Assembly (NCBI GenBank): GCA_030324005.1
Contig: JARDVH010000140.1
Coordinates: forward strand, 17,423,070 to 17,487,069
DNA: 64,000 nt
DNA from: Negaprion brevirostris
Taxonomy: Eukaryota
Direction: 5' to 3'
The notes beneath the pieces are model-generated. The model saw only the letters and a list, made by a program, of their open reading frames with translations. It had not been told where the DNA came from and searched no databases. Shown one piece after another: positions 26,074 to 39,301 of this stretch (positions within the stretch are counted from its first letter, which is position 1; the number at the start of each line of letters is the position of its first letter). A program made the translations under genes and the position numbers.

Positions 26074-29000
26074 AAACAGCCTGATGCTTCCCATTAATAT
26101 TCAAATGTGAATAGCAGCACTTAAGGAGCAACTGGTGCCCACTCCCGAACACAGAAACTCTTAATTTTATTTGCATTTTCAAATGGGGTTACAAGAGCAC
26201 ATTGAGAAATTCCAGCCTAAAGTAAAAATGTAATTGAAGCATTTTATTTCCTTCATTTAACTTCTACAATTAATTATTCCATAAATCCTTTCTAACATAC
26301 GCTCAGAAAAATTGTGAATCTTCTCCACAAATGCAAATGAAATGTCTAATCAGGAGGACAACACACTAAAATGAACAAGACCATGAAATCTATTGTATAG
26401 GTTACAAAGAACAAGTGGGTGGATGATTTTTTTGCTACAATTTCCCTTCTTTTCAATGCTTCTCAGATTTGACTATGACAATACTTCAATAAGTCCCTCA
26501 AAGTAATGAATTATTTGCTCCTCTTCCATTCTTACTTTTGCATTTAGATGATCAAAGCCCTTACGGGAGTTGTTAATGTCATCTTCCTCATTATAAACTT
26601 GTCCGGAACATTTAATTACAATAGAAGGCTGAACTTGACTAGATTTTCAGGCGTGCACAAATGCCATTACTTCTCAAAACACCAACTGGTTTCAAGTGTA
26701 CTATTCAATTATCTGTCAGTCAATCTGGAAGCTTTGAANNNNNNNNNNNNNNNNNNNNNNNNNNNNNNNNNNNNNNNNNNNNNNNNNNNNNNNNNNNNNN
26801 NNNNNNNNNNNNNNNNNNNNNNNNNNNNNNNNNNNNNNTACTATTCAATTATCTTTCAGTCAATATGGAAGATTTGAAGCCATTCATGGCTCTATGGTCA
26901 ACCCCATCAACTACCAGTGTCATTTATTCCGAAGTGTACAAGCATTGTATTCTACTTAAGTATGAACCAAGATTTCAAACCCAACTTTGCCAAGACCACC
27001 TTCTTCCATCCCTTCCTCCTCCAATTTGGTGCAAAATATTCTCATCCACGTCTTTACCACAGATGAGATTTCTCAAAAGCTTTCCTCCACAAGTTCTCCA
27101 CATCCATCCATCACAAACTTCTATTAATTCAAAACTTTACTGCCCCAGGACTCAGTGCATGAAATTCTACAAGGTGACCTTGCCATTGTCCATCTCTGCT
27201 GGACTCTTCTTCAGTGAATCAGTTTCAAAATCCTCATTTTATCTTTCAAATCCATCCATAACCCCTCTCCAATCCATTGGGAAAATTCTGCAGCTACATG
27301 TCCAAACCTATAATCTCTGTCCCTGGGACACTAGTTTACAAGTATTCTCAAGTATTCATCTCAAAAAGCCATGGAAAGTAAACTTTTGTACTTCTGTCTT
27401 CTGTATTTCTCTTCCAAAATCTTTCCACCTTGCTGCTTTGCCATCTTCTTTCAAGCCTCCTAAAAGCCTTCATCTGGTTCATCTTACATTTTGCCTTCTC
27501 TCCTGCTCAATCCTCACAGTGTAACCTTATCAATTGATTCAACTTTTAAAAATGCTTGAATACTTAATAAGTGAAGATGTACTTTTCCAACCTCATTTTG
27601 ATTTGCTTTTTAGAATGCACTGACAATTTTCTAAAGTCATTTTAACATGTAGATTGAAAGGATGGCTGACCCCTCTCTATTTTGGTGTAGGTAAGTCCAC
27701 GCAGGATCCAGGGAGTTAACATTTGGCTACCATATACCAATAGCTTGCACAGCAATCCAAATTTTATCAGGCAGAAGTATGTTCACAAAGATGAGGGATA
27801 CATGGCCAACAAATAGTAATTAGAAAGATCTTAAAATAATACTTGCAATAAGCTTTGCTTCATACAAGTAGTTTTGGAGGGGGAATAGCAGACTGCACAC
27901 ATAATAGCTGAACAATGCTAACAAAGATGTATCCAAAAGTCTGCCTTTTGTATTTCAAAATGCCCTTGTCTGGGAAGCAGATTTCAATCCATTAGAAAGA
28001 ATATGATCTGGGAAACTACTTGCTTTTCTTGACTGACCCTAATTATTTTGGTGAACCAATCCTAATTTAATGTCATTGATTTTTCTTTGCTGACCACCTT
28101 AGCAGTTCATTACATTTTTGGTTCTACATAATCAAGTTATTTTTAAAACTGATGCAACTCCTATTCAGATGCAAACACAAATGCTTGCATGCAACTACAG
28201 GACAATATCATTTTAAATCTATCTCAAAATTGCAAAGAGCTTACCTTCCAAGATGTACCCCATTCCAACTACTCACTTGGTTATACTATAAAACTGATGT
28301 CACAATTTCTGCTATTTCAGGGAGGCATATTTCAAAGAGTGGATTCTGCCAACTCAATTTTCTTTCATGGGTAAATAAAAAACCGTCCATGGGCAAAAAT
28401 GGCATAAGCTACAAGCAACTGACCCAAAGTTTAACTGAAACAAAGTTTGTAGAAGTTGCGTATTCATACAATGCACTCAAATAGAGTTTTGCACTTCACA
28501 ATGGTGGCTTGGTTCTTCAAATAATTTTATATTGCAGTAAATAGCATCAAAGTTGCAATGTTACGCACAAGACCTATCATCTGAGTACGCAGTCCCGCTT
28601 TTCATTCACCATTGTATTATATACACCACCACGCCTATAGAAGAACATTTTTATATTTTACACATCTGATCCACATGCTCAAAACACTGGACAAATTAAG
28701 TCCTAGATGCTGTGTGAGGAGCAGAGTTTTTTTTGTTCTGAAAGCATTTCCATTTCTGCTGATGCAGTGTTCTTGTTACAATGAACAATAAGGTAAAAAC
28801 ACCTTTAACGAACCAGACAAGAGAATAAATCTGCCCATCAAGAAACATCTCACTTAATGATTTACTTGAGTTAATTTGTCTTCCTTATGTGGGACTCCAG
28901 AATAGAAGAGGATTATTTATTATTTTATTATACATCATTCAAAGCAGATCATTTAAATTTTACATGACTACTTCTACAACAAGTCAATTTTGAATTCAAG

Positions 29001-29164
29001 AGCAGTGCTACCACCAGCCTTCTGGCATTTATTCTTTCTCTCTCTACAATCCTAGGAGGGACAGTGTGTTACAAAATATTTCTGCAAAGGGTCCTATGGA
29101 ACCTTATTCTATAAACAGGCCAACTCCTTCAGGAGAAAAATACATTGAATAAAGTTATCCTAAA

Positions 29165-29428
29165 AGTTAAAGTTTATTTATTAGTCACAAGTAAGGCTAC
29201 ATTAACACTGCAATAAAGTTACTATGAAATTCTCCTAATCGCCACATTACGGCACCTGTTCAGGTCAATGCACCTAACCAGCACATCTTTCAGACTGTGG
29301 GAGGAAACTGGAACACACGGAAGAAACCCATGCAGGCATGGGAAGAACGTATAAACTCCACAGACTGTGACCCAAGCTGGGAATTGAACACGGGTCCCTG
29401 GAGCCGAGTGCGCTAACCACTGCTGCCC
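29165..29428 (-). mobile_element. V-SINE-like SINE with non-CR1 tail
   Basis: Reverse-complement tRNA head (gggaattgaacacgggtccctgg...ctaaccactg) and V-domain; tail ends gtgactaataaataaactttaact on the - strand. Confidence 0.85.
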
Positions 29429-30114
29429 CTCTTCAACCGTGTACCTCACATACATTTGTCCATGACATTGTATTATTATTCATTTTTTGTTTTTCTTAGA
29501 GACCAATCTTTCAGTCTGCAACTCTCGCCTGTTCTGTCCCGATCTGCTTTAATCTCCGTTTTAAACTTCCTATAATCCATCAATAAATTCGACTCAAAAA
29601 TTAAGGACAGTCTTTTTACATGTTGAGTTTCTTATACAGTCAACACTTCAACTTGGAGTAAACATGATCACTGTCAGAGGATGAATAAAGGAAGAAAACT
29701 ATTCTCTTTGGTAATTCAAGTTGCTACCCAGATACCATGAACAAAAACCAAAAAGCAACATCTCACCCCCAGGAAAATAACTTTCAAATCCTTATTTTAG
29801 GGCAGGAGAATGCAAAATTACTCAAAATGTCTGACAAATGGGTTTTTCTGATGTGGGTTTTTCATCAGCATTCAATTCACTTATCATTTTCCTCCCACTG
29901 ATGTTGCAGGATGCCAACTTCAAAGCAGGTTATTTTTCCAAAAACTAGTTACTGAACTACAGCTAATAAAACAAGCCTGAAAATATTTATATTTATTTGA
30001 GTGAATACTTGAGATTTGAGTGGAAGTTTATACATCTCCAGTTTACAATCCTGTACGTTTCCTATAATATCCATTATTGCTTTTTAAAATAATGTGCATC
30101 ATAACACACCTGTC

Positions 30115-30662
30115 ATTCAATTGCCCAGCAATGACCATCACCACCAACACATCTTCCCTTGACATTCATAGCATTAGCAATACTGAATACCCCACCAACA
30201 GCATTGACTAGAAATTTAACTGAACCAGCAAAATAAATATTGCAACTATGAAAGCAGGTCAGGAGCTGGGAAGACAGTGCTGAGTATTTCACATCTGACT
30301 TCCCAAAGTGTGCGCATTCTGTACAAAGCACAAGTCAGGAGTGTGATGGAATACTTTCCACTTGACTGGATAAAGGTTGTTCTAACACCACTCCAGAAGC
30401 TTAACGGAATCCAGGACAAAATAGCACCCTATCAACCACCTGCAAGTTTCTCGTAAGTCACATATCATCCTGATGTGGAAATATTTCACCGTTCCTTCAT
30501 TGGGAGTCAAAAACCTAAAAACTCCCAGTGCATGTATTAATTTCACATGAATTAGAACAGTTCAGGATAGCAGCTCACCATAATCTTCTCCAGGGCAATT
30601 AGAAATGGACAACTAATGTTGGTTTTGCCAGTTACAATCATATCCCATGAACAAATAAAAAA
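30115..30662 (+). mobile_element. CR1/L2-group LINE 3' fragment (second family)
   Basis: tacaaagcacaagtcaggagtgtgatggaatactttccacttg...atcccatgaacaaataaaaaa. Confidence 0.78.
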
Positions 30663-31419
30663 ATACAACTGAAAAGGCCAAGAAAGGAAATTACAATTAA
30701 AAGTAATATTGGCAACAACTGTTGATTTACCAACATGCTGCAACCCAGAGCAGCAACAGGGGAAATTGTACTTGCAAATTCATATCTCTCCTCAATCACT
30801 GGACTGAAAAGGGAAGAAAAGGTGAGACTTGGGTATTCAACATCCCACTTCATTGAAAACTATAAATCAAATTTATAACTGACCACTGGGCTCTCAACAA
30901 TGAATGTATAAATTAACCTAAGTATAGAATACCATTCACAACAATCTTGCGGACTTGCACTTGCAGGAATTGAAGCAGCAAAATAAAATGATCTTTCTCC
31001 AAGATCCTGATTAAAGCACATATATGAAGGGGTTAAGTGCTGCAGAACTCAGGAGCCTAATCAGATTGATTAAAAATATAATTAGAATACTACAGGAACA
31101 AGCTCCTGGAGAATTAACAATCATTTGTCAAAAGGTCAATGCATTAGACATCAATAAAAATACAGAAATCTATCACCAGCCTTTTATCTAACGAGTATTG
31201 GCATTTTTTTTTGCTCTCCTGGAACAACTAGATACTTGGGGTCCAACCGTCATTACTTTTGGTTCATTATCAGTAACCGCTGAAGCGGCCAACATGCTGT
31301 TGCGTTAGTAGCATAATTCAAAATATCATAGTAAAAATCCAACTTCCCATAAACACAGCAGGTTGTATACGTCATTTCCAAAATTATTGTGCCTTTAGCA
31401 AGACTTATTTTACTAGCAA

Positions 31420-31625
31420 TAAAAGACAAAGTTGCCATAATCTCAGATGATCACAGGATGCGACAGCAGGTGATTTCACCTGAGGTTAAACTCCGTATCA
31501 CGGGCAAAGGGTGAGGTTGAGAAGGCGGATCTTCATGAATAACCTCAGCCAGTAAGGGAATTGAATCCGTGCTACTGGTTTCGCTTTGCATCACTACCCA
31601 GCTGTTCAGCCAACTGAGCTCAACC
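31420..31625 (-). mobile_element. tRNA-derived SINE (same family as 14205)
   Basis: cctgaggtt, aataacctcagc, ggaattgaatcc and cagctgttcagccaactgag are reverse complements of segments of the 14205 copy. Confidence 0.7.
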
Positions 31626-33554
31626 CCAATACCATGCATTTAATCAGCTTATTTCACTTCTCTGCACAATACATTCACAGGCCATGTACCTATTTCATAC
31701 AGAAAAATACTGAGTTCTCCAAAAACATCTAGAACAAAAATAGTTTTTAAAATCTGCCAAAAATATCATGATGATTATCTGAGATATCTGTGCTCCTCTA
31801 ATTCTGGTCTCTTCAGCTTTCCCAATTTTAATTGCTCTGCTATTGGTGCCTTCAGCTGCCTAGGTCCTTAACTTTGGAACTCTTTCTCAGCCTCGTTACC
31901 TTGCTGTCCTTCAAGGAACTCCTCAAAACCTACCTCTTTGACCCAACTTTTGGTCATCTGCCCCAATAATACTCAGGCAGCTCATTGACTTACTTTGTTT
32001 TGTAAAGCTTGGGACATTTCAGTACGTTAAAAGGTGTGATATTGCTGTTAAAGTTCAATAAGTTCTTAGCTTATAACTGCTGTCCTGGAGAACTGAATTG
32101 GAAAGTTTAGCAGAATGGTAAATTTAATTATCAACTCCTTTCCTATATTATTTTTAAACTCTNNNNNNNNNNNNNNNNNNNNNNNNNNNNNNNNNNNNNN
32201 NNNNNNNNNNNNNNNNNNNNNNNNNNNNNNNNNNNNNNNNNNNNNNNNNNNNNNNNNNNNNNATATTATTTTTAAACTCTTCCTATTTGTAAGGAAATGC
32301 ATGGGTGTGTCCCCAAAGCACTTTTGCAATGCAGCACAGATCTTTAGCATTATTCACACAATTAGTCTCATTTGATGGAGCATAATAAGGAAATATAATA
32401 ATTTCCACATTACAAGATCTGCTCCACTCCTAATGCACACTAAAGCCAGAACACAGTAGTAATTAAAAAGCTTGCAGATTACATGAAAGGAAGGAGAAAT
32501 ACTGTAGCCGGAAAAATCACAGCAGCAGCCAGATTGCTCTGGCAAACCTCAAAAGTTACCTAACGGGACATTCTTCATAAATGCATCTAGACAAAGGATG
32601 CCCATAGGCCATTCAATACTGGTCAGCATGACAAGGAAATTTAGCCCAAATGAAATTCCATAGCAAGAAAAAATGAAACTGAATACTCCAGAATAGAGCA
32701 TTTTTCAACTTTGACATTATGACACTGTCTACTAGACACGAGTCAGGGGTGTGATATGTTTTCTGGGCTAAAGAGAGTCTAATGTGGATACTTAGTACTT
32801 ACATGTTCATGCTTAAACAGAAAGTAGTTATTTTCCTTCTTCACTTAGCATTTAGATTTCTGAACACTTTACATAAATAAAATTGCAATTTGAAATGCAT
32901 TTTAAAAACCTGAACAGATAAAAGCTGCAACTATCTGCAGTTCTAACTGTTCTTTCTGTACTACAGAAAAGCCAAAAAATGTCTGCTCTTTAACATGGGT
33001 ATGCGACCAGTAATTGAAGAAACAACAACAAATAAAACGCAAAGAGAGGTAAAAAGGCTTTTGAGCTCTTGTACAGTCAAAATGTTTGCCTGTTTCTGCT
33101 TAATAAGCTATTTCTATGCACCATATTTCACTGCCCATTCAAGTGGAACATGGCCACCCACTTTACACTTGTCATTCTGTCCCTCTGCTGGTGCTTAGCA
33201 AATTTACAAATTCCAATAGGGGCACTACCCGACCATTGCTGCTCTAACTTCAACAAATCTTTGATCTCAGCAGTGAAGGAAAATTACCAACATTAATTTG
33301 TGTCCTATCATTCATACCTAAGCATATCAATGTGATTGGAACCATAAGATTTTGTTCTCTTCATACATCTACAAATATCTAAAGGACACCTCTTAGTTTT
33401 CAATTGTACAATCCTAAATTCATGTGATCCTTTCATCCCAAGGGAAGTTAAAAGTAGGTTAGCTCAAGAAAATACACCCTCTGAAACTATCTTTACTCCA
33501 CAAATACACAGGTAAGAACAGCTGAGACAACTCCTGCATCCACACGTTACTCAC

Positions 33555-33688
33555 ATGTAAGAGAGTTGGAGACCATGAACTGTGCCGAAGATGTTTCACC
33601 ATCGAAATGTGTCGACCAAGGCTGCGATGAACACTGCAGCATTCATCACAAACTAGCACTCCACGGTTAATTGACGCCCAACCAGGAT
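33555..33688 (-). CDS. GIT1: GIT1 coding exon 2 (134 nt): (D)PGWASINRGVLVCDECCSVHRSLGRHISMVKHLRHSSWSPTLLH
   Basis: tttgcacag|AT CCT GGT TGG...TTA CAT|gtgagt; second CxxC of the ArfGAP zinc finger and catalytic Arg in VHRSLG. Confidence 0.97.
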
Positions 33689-34124
33689 CTGTGCAAATTA
33701 CAATATGCAATTAGTGGATACGTACTATTTCAATTAAGGAGTTGCCGTTTTTAAACAAGGTAAAAATAAAAACATAATCCTTGCTGAGCTACTGAAATAC
33801 ATTTTCAGGAAGAACAATTTACAGGATTTCATGCATGACAATCATTGGAAACAGTATGGTATAAGCAGAGCTAAGCAATCCTGCAAGAAAATGGAGCAAA
33901 TTGAGGCACTATAGTCCTACCAGATCTGGTCAGGAATATTGGTGTATAACTGAACAATAATTGAGGAAGGTCAATGAGTAGTATCAGTGAATCTCTCACC
34001 ACCACCACCCTGGGCATCTAGAAAATCAACTGGATGAGCCATATAAACATGACTACAGGAACATGCAAAAAGCTGGGCATTCTGCAGCAAGTGACAAAAC
34101 TTTTCCATTGTCTACAAGGTACAG

Positions 34125-34237
34125 ATGATGTGGAGATGCCAGCATTGGACTGGAGTAAACACAGTAAGAAGTCTCACAACATCAGGTTAAAGTCCACAAG
34201 AAGCAACACTGAAAACTTTGGTGTTGAGACTTCTTAC
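34125..34237 (-). mobile_element. Short Penelope-derived element with inverted end, 8-bp TSD, inserted in a LINE
   Basis: aggtacag at 34117-34124 and 34238-34245; internal inverted gtaagaagtctc / gagacttcttac; the host LINE (about 33990-34600) continues across it. Confidence 0.75.
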
Positions 34238-34639
34238 AGGTACAGGTCAGCAGTGTGATTCTGAATGCAACCCTAACAACATTAAGAAGTTTGGTACCAT
34301 TCAAGATAAAGCTGTCAGCTTGATTGACATCCTATCCATCTCTTTAACATTCTTTCCACCTGTGCTGCACCGTGGCAGCAGTTTGTACCAATTACAAAAT
34401 ACACTGCAGCAACCTGCCAAGTTTTCTTGGCCAGTGCTTCACAAATCTGCAATCTGTGCTACTTGGGAAAACACGGGCAGCGGTTTCCCCTTGCAAGTTC
34501 CCCTCCAAGTAGCACACCTTTCTGAATTGCTGTGCCTTTATCAATGCTGGGTCAAAGTCCTGGAACTCCCTTCCAAACAGGACTACATAAGAACCAAGAG
34601 AAGTAGACTATAAAGTCTCTCACGCTTGCTCTGCTTTCA

Positions 34640-35900
34640 GAATGGTCTTTTGATTTCAAGAAAAAAAAATTATGTTCCATCTTAGTCGTGGAGCATCCAT
34701 AATCCTCCACTGTAGAGATTCCAAAGATTGACAACTGATTGAAGAACCTTCTCTCCAATTTGGTCCCAAATGATCATCCCTTTATTTTTGAAACTATGCT
34801 CAGTATTCTAGATTCCCCATCCAGTGGAAACAACCTTTCACTGCCTATCCTGTCAAGTCCTTTCAGAATCTTGTACATTATAGCACATCATAGAACAACC
34901 TTCTCATCCCAGAATCTTGTGCCTCTAATGCCCCATGCCTCCCTGATCAATTTAAGGCATATCCTTCTTAGATATAGAAATTAAAATTGTGTACAGGAGC
35001 TCCAGATGTGGTCTCAGACCTACACAATTGTAGCACATACTCCCTTTTACATGTACTCCAGTCCCCTTGGCAATAAAGGCAACATATCCTTCCCCATACT
35101 AATTTCTTGCTGTACCTGCATGCAAACTTTGTACTCCTTGCACAAACCCACCCATGGATATACAAGTTTCACACCTTTTTAAATAAATATTCTGTTTTCT
35201 TTTTATTCTTATGACTGACGTGAACAACTTTACACTTCTCCACATTATACTCCAGCTGCCAAATTGCTGCTTAATCACTTGACCTGGCAAGATCTCTTTA
35301 CAATCTTTGTGCCCTCTTTATGGCTTACATTCTCACCAGTTTTATGTCATCAGCAAATTTGCTTACATTACACTGGGTTTCCTCACCCAAGTCATTAATA
35401 TAGATGGCAAATAGCTAAGGCCACAGCACTGATCCTTGCTGCATTCCCACTAGTTACAGCCTGCCAATATAAAAATGCACCATTTAACCTCTACTGGTTT
35501 ATTTACCAAATAAACCTGTTTGACTTTAATCTGGTGTTGCGAGGCTTCTTATTGTGCTTACCCCAGTCTAACGCTAGTATCTCCACATCATGGCTACCTG
35601 TCTATTGACCAATCACCCAACCATGCTAATGTATTATCTCCAACTCCATGAGCCTTTATCTTGCCTATAAACCTTTCATTTGACACCTTTGTTGAATGAT
35701 TTTTGGAAATCCAAGTAGCATTTATTAGCTTCCCTTTATCCACCTGACTAATTATATTTGCAAAAGATCCCAATAAATTTGTCAATTATTTCCTTCTGCA
35801 AAAGCCATGTTGATTGTGTCTGATCATACTTTAATTTCCTAAATGCATTGTTAAACAACAACGGATCCCAGCACTTTCCTGACAAGTGATGCCAGGCTAA
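34640..35900 (-). mobile_element. CR1 LINE ORF2 fragment
   Basis: Reverse-complement RT motifs (gtcatcagcaaatttg = KFADD; ORF 35594-35785 KIKAHGVGDN.LAW). Confidence 0.85.
35496..35592 (+). mobile_element. Short Penelope-derived element nested in CR1
   Basis: ggtttattt-acc-aaataaacc mini-palindrome, then tgtttgactttaatctggtgttg...accccagtctaacgctagtatctccacatcat, the same family end as 55441-55523. Confidence 0.75.
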
Positions 35901-38809
35901 TTCGCATGTAGATCCCCATTTTCTCTCTCCCACAGAAAATTTATGATTGAGGCGGTCATTCGGCTCACCATATTCATGCCAGTCCAGTTACCCAGCCTAA
36001 TTTCACATTCCTGCACTGGATCTGGAGACCTGTGGCCCTCCATTCTTGAAAAGCAGTATAGCAGTTTAATGTTCAGTATCTTTCAATCCTCAGATTGCTC
36101 AGGAATCTGGGAAATTTAGGAAAATCATAACCAACATCTCTACACCTGCCTCTTTTAGTAGCCTAAACCCTAGGGTACTAGATCCTAGGAATTTGTTTGT
36201 TTTTAGTCCTTTAAATTGTTCTAATACTTTTTATCCTTGGATATGAATTACTTGAAGGGTCTTCACTCTTATTATCCTTGGTTACCCTCTATTCTTATAT
36301 GGAATTCATATCTTTACGACAAAACTTGTCCAACCATCTCTGTTGTAAGAACAACTTCATGCGGATTGCAGCAGCTCATCACCTACAAGCGGTGAGGCAG
36401 ACTCAATCATGGCTTTTGAAAGGGAATCGAACATTATCAGAAGAGATGATTTGCAAGATTACAGGGAATTAGGACCAGCTGAGTGACCCTTAGAGAACTG
36501 GCATGGAGACAAGAAACCAAGTGCCTCCTGTGCTGTCTCCATTCTTTGATTCTCAATACTTATACTGAGTACTAACTTTGTCAGCAACTCCTCCAACCCA
36601 TGAATGCATAAAACAAAACACCATAAGCAGTCAAAAACCTCCAGCCTTCCATACGCAGCTTAAACCGATTACCGAAATATGGTGTTAAAGGATGAAGGGA
36701 AACAGAAAGTGGCGGAACAAAGATACAGTTATATGAAAACAACACAATGGCAAAAACTATTTGCCTATGAGCAACGCCATCTAAGGCTACCCAGTTTATT
36801 CTGTATTTCATGGCATAGCTTAATTGAAACAGAATTGCTGACTGACCATTTGCAATGCCACTTTTAAAAAAAACCAACTTAAACAAAAAGTCCATTCATT
36901 CAGCACTTATTTGCTATCCAAGAGACAAGGATTTTCAGATTAAATTCCCTGCAGTTGCAGTACGTTGGGGCAATTAGTCATAAATACTGAAAAACTGGTC
37001 ACAAAGCTAGAGGTGGGGGAAGTCTCACATTTGTGGTTCTACACCAGCCTTTTACTTTATATCTGAAACATATGTAACAGGAGCAGCACTGGTCCATCAA
37101 ATCATTAAAGATCATGACTGAACTTATGTAGCTCTAACAACATAATGAGTCTATACACATCCTTAGTCTTGGCAGCAGTAAAGGCCATCATGATATAAGT
37201 TAGTATTGTATTGTACCTATTCAGCTTCTGGAAAGGCCACCACCTCATACAACAAAAACATTCATTTGATGAATTCAAAAGGGAATTTGACCAATTTCAA
37301 ATCTGGCAGATTTAACAGGTTTAAGGTTGGATAGTAGAATCTGGTGACAGGCCATGCTGCCCAAGTCACCACTGGTCTCTCATTGTGACAGCGGATCAAT
37401 TTGCAGAATGAACTTTCCAGGAAGTCCCGTATAATGAATATAAATGGTGACTTTCTACTCTTTGATGGAATTTCAACTACAAAACAACTCAGTTCAATTC
37501 GATGGACAAACTGCTAATTATCAGTACAGGCACTGCAGCAGAGACCAGAAGGTAGAATTACAAGTACAAACTGAATTCCTAAAATTTATCATAACTGCAA
37601 GAAATGGAGTATCTTTAGAACAGATGATGCTGGTAAAAATTGATAGAATTGCTTTAGGTCTCAAATGTACATCAGGAGAAAGAAAACTGCAGGACACAAT
37701 TTTATAGCATGTCCTGAATTTCAGCAAGGTCTTTAAAGGGGTTCTCATTACTGCAATTNNNNNNNNNNNNNNNNNNNNNNNNNNNNNNNNNNNNNNNNNN
37801 NNNNNNNNNNNNNNNNNNNNNNNNNNNNNNNNNNNNNNNNNNNNNNNNNNNNNNNNNNCATTACTGCAATTTATTGTAGGAAAACAGCATAATGCATTGA
37901 AATTTTCAAATCAGCCACGTTGTCATATTGAGTGGCGGTGGAATGGAGAAGAGGAGAGAAAATAACTGGCTAAGGCACCCACCTTCATTGTTGATTTTCC
38001 TCCTCATTGTTTAAATCTTATCTCAGTAAGTTTAGCCATTGGTGTTCAATTTGAATCTGGAATAATCCTGAAAGTGCATATCATGCTCATGGCTTTAGCT
38101 TTTCAGGGAGTTACAAACCTCAGATCTGTGACTGCATTCCTGAAGCCAACTGCAATTTCAATCACTTGCCCCATGGGGGCTGCAAACATTTGCAGAAATC
38201 CAGTCCAGGTCAAAATGCTTAAACATGTATCAAAAACTCCACTCGGCCTTGAACGACTAACTAAGTAAACCTGTAATCTCCAAACCAAACAACAGACCTA
38301 TTTGTAGCAGTTTGTACTGAGAACATCAATATAAATGAGACATAATTAATCCTTGAGCCTGGGACACATAGAACTAACCTGAAATTTGACAGAAGTTGCT
38401 CTTAAGAGTCCAGCAACTTCAAAGATGGTGTTGTAGCAAGCTTGAGTAATTTATTAATTAATTAAAACACTGGGGTTCGCACCCATTAAATGCAGAATTA
38501 AAGAGAAACTGGCTTATTGCCCCATAACAAAAAAATGTTTTCAACAACTATTTTGTGTGGAAATGCAATTAAATTTCAGATCAGATTTGGCATGTCTCAT
38601 TCACCTTTTAATCCAAAATCACGTTAACCTATTGTGATGAGGTGGAAGACGACAACCTGCACTATTCAGGAACGTGCAGAGGAATTCTCAGTGTCTCCTT
38701 CCTACCCAACTACCAGCCCACCCCCCTTCAATACATGCTGCCAAAGTACTGCTGAATGGCCACCTTCTGCACTGTAAAGATTCTGTGATAATGGCTTCTC
38801 TATGTATCT

Positions 38810-39301
38810 TTGATTTGATTTATCACATGTATTAGCATACAATGAAAAGTTTTTTTTTGCGCACTGTACAGACAAAGTATACCATTCATGGAAAAGGAGT
38901 GTGTGTAGAACGTAGTGTTACAGTCATAGCTAGGGTGTAGAGAAAGATCAATTTAATGCAAGTTCGGTCCATTCAAAAGTCTGATGGCAGCAGGGAAGAG
39001 GCTGTTCTTGAATCGGCTGGTACACAACCTCAGACTTTTATATCTTTCTCCTGACAGAAGAAGGTGGAAGACAGTATGCCTGGGGTGTGTGGGGTCCTCA
39101 ATTACGCTGGCTGCTTTTCCAAGGCAGTGGGAAGTGTAGACAAAATCAATGAGTGGGAGGCTGCTTTGCGTGATGGATTGGGCTATATTCATGACCTTTT
39201 GTAATTTCTTGCAATTTTGGGCAGAGCAGGAGCCATACCAAGCTGTGATACAACCAGAAAGAATGCTTTCTATGGTGCATCTGTAAAAGTTAATGAGAGT
39301 C
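38810..39301 (-). mobile_element. Rex1/Babar LINE 3' end
   Basis: TLINFYRCTIESILSGCITAWYG...DPTHP..H.LL.SG.RY.SL...TSRFKNSLFPAAIRLLN, the typical Rex1 C-terminus; runs into an N gap. Confidence 0.9.

Noticed and set aside
26661-27524. 287-aa ORF
   Set aside because: Spans a gap, has no recognisable domain, is antisense within a GIT1 intron and overlaps decayed L2-like sequence.
27690-27720. SLDPA reading on the - strand resembling GIT1 exon 3
   Set aside because: An upstream in-frame stop; the true exon 3 is at 23732-23844.
6504-33688. Assignment as GIT2
   Set aside because: Diagnostic residues and the 43-nt exon 8 (DHKNGHY without the extra Q) match GIT1.
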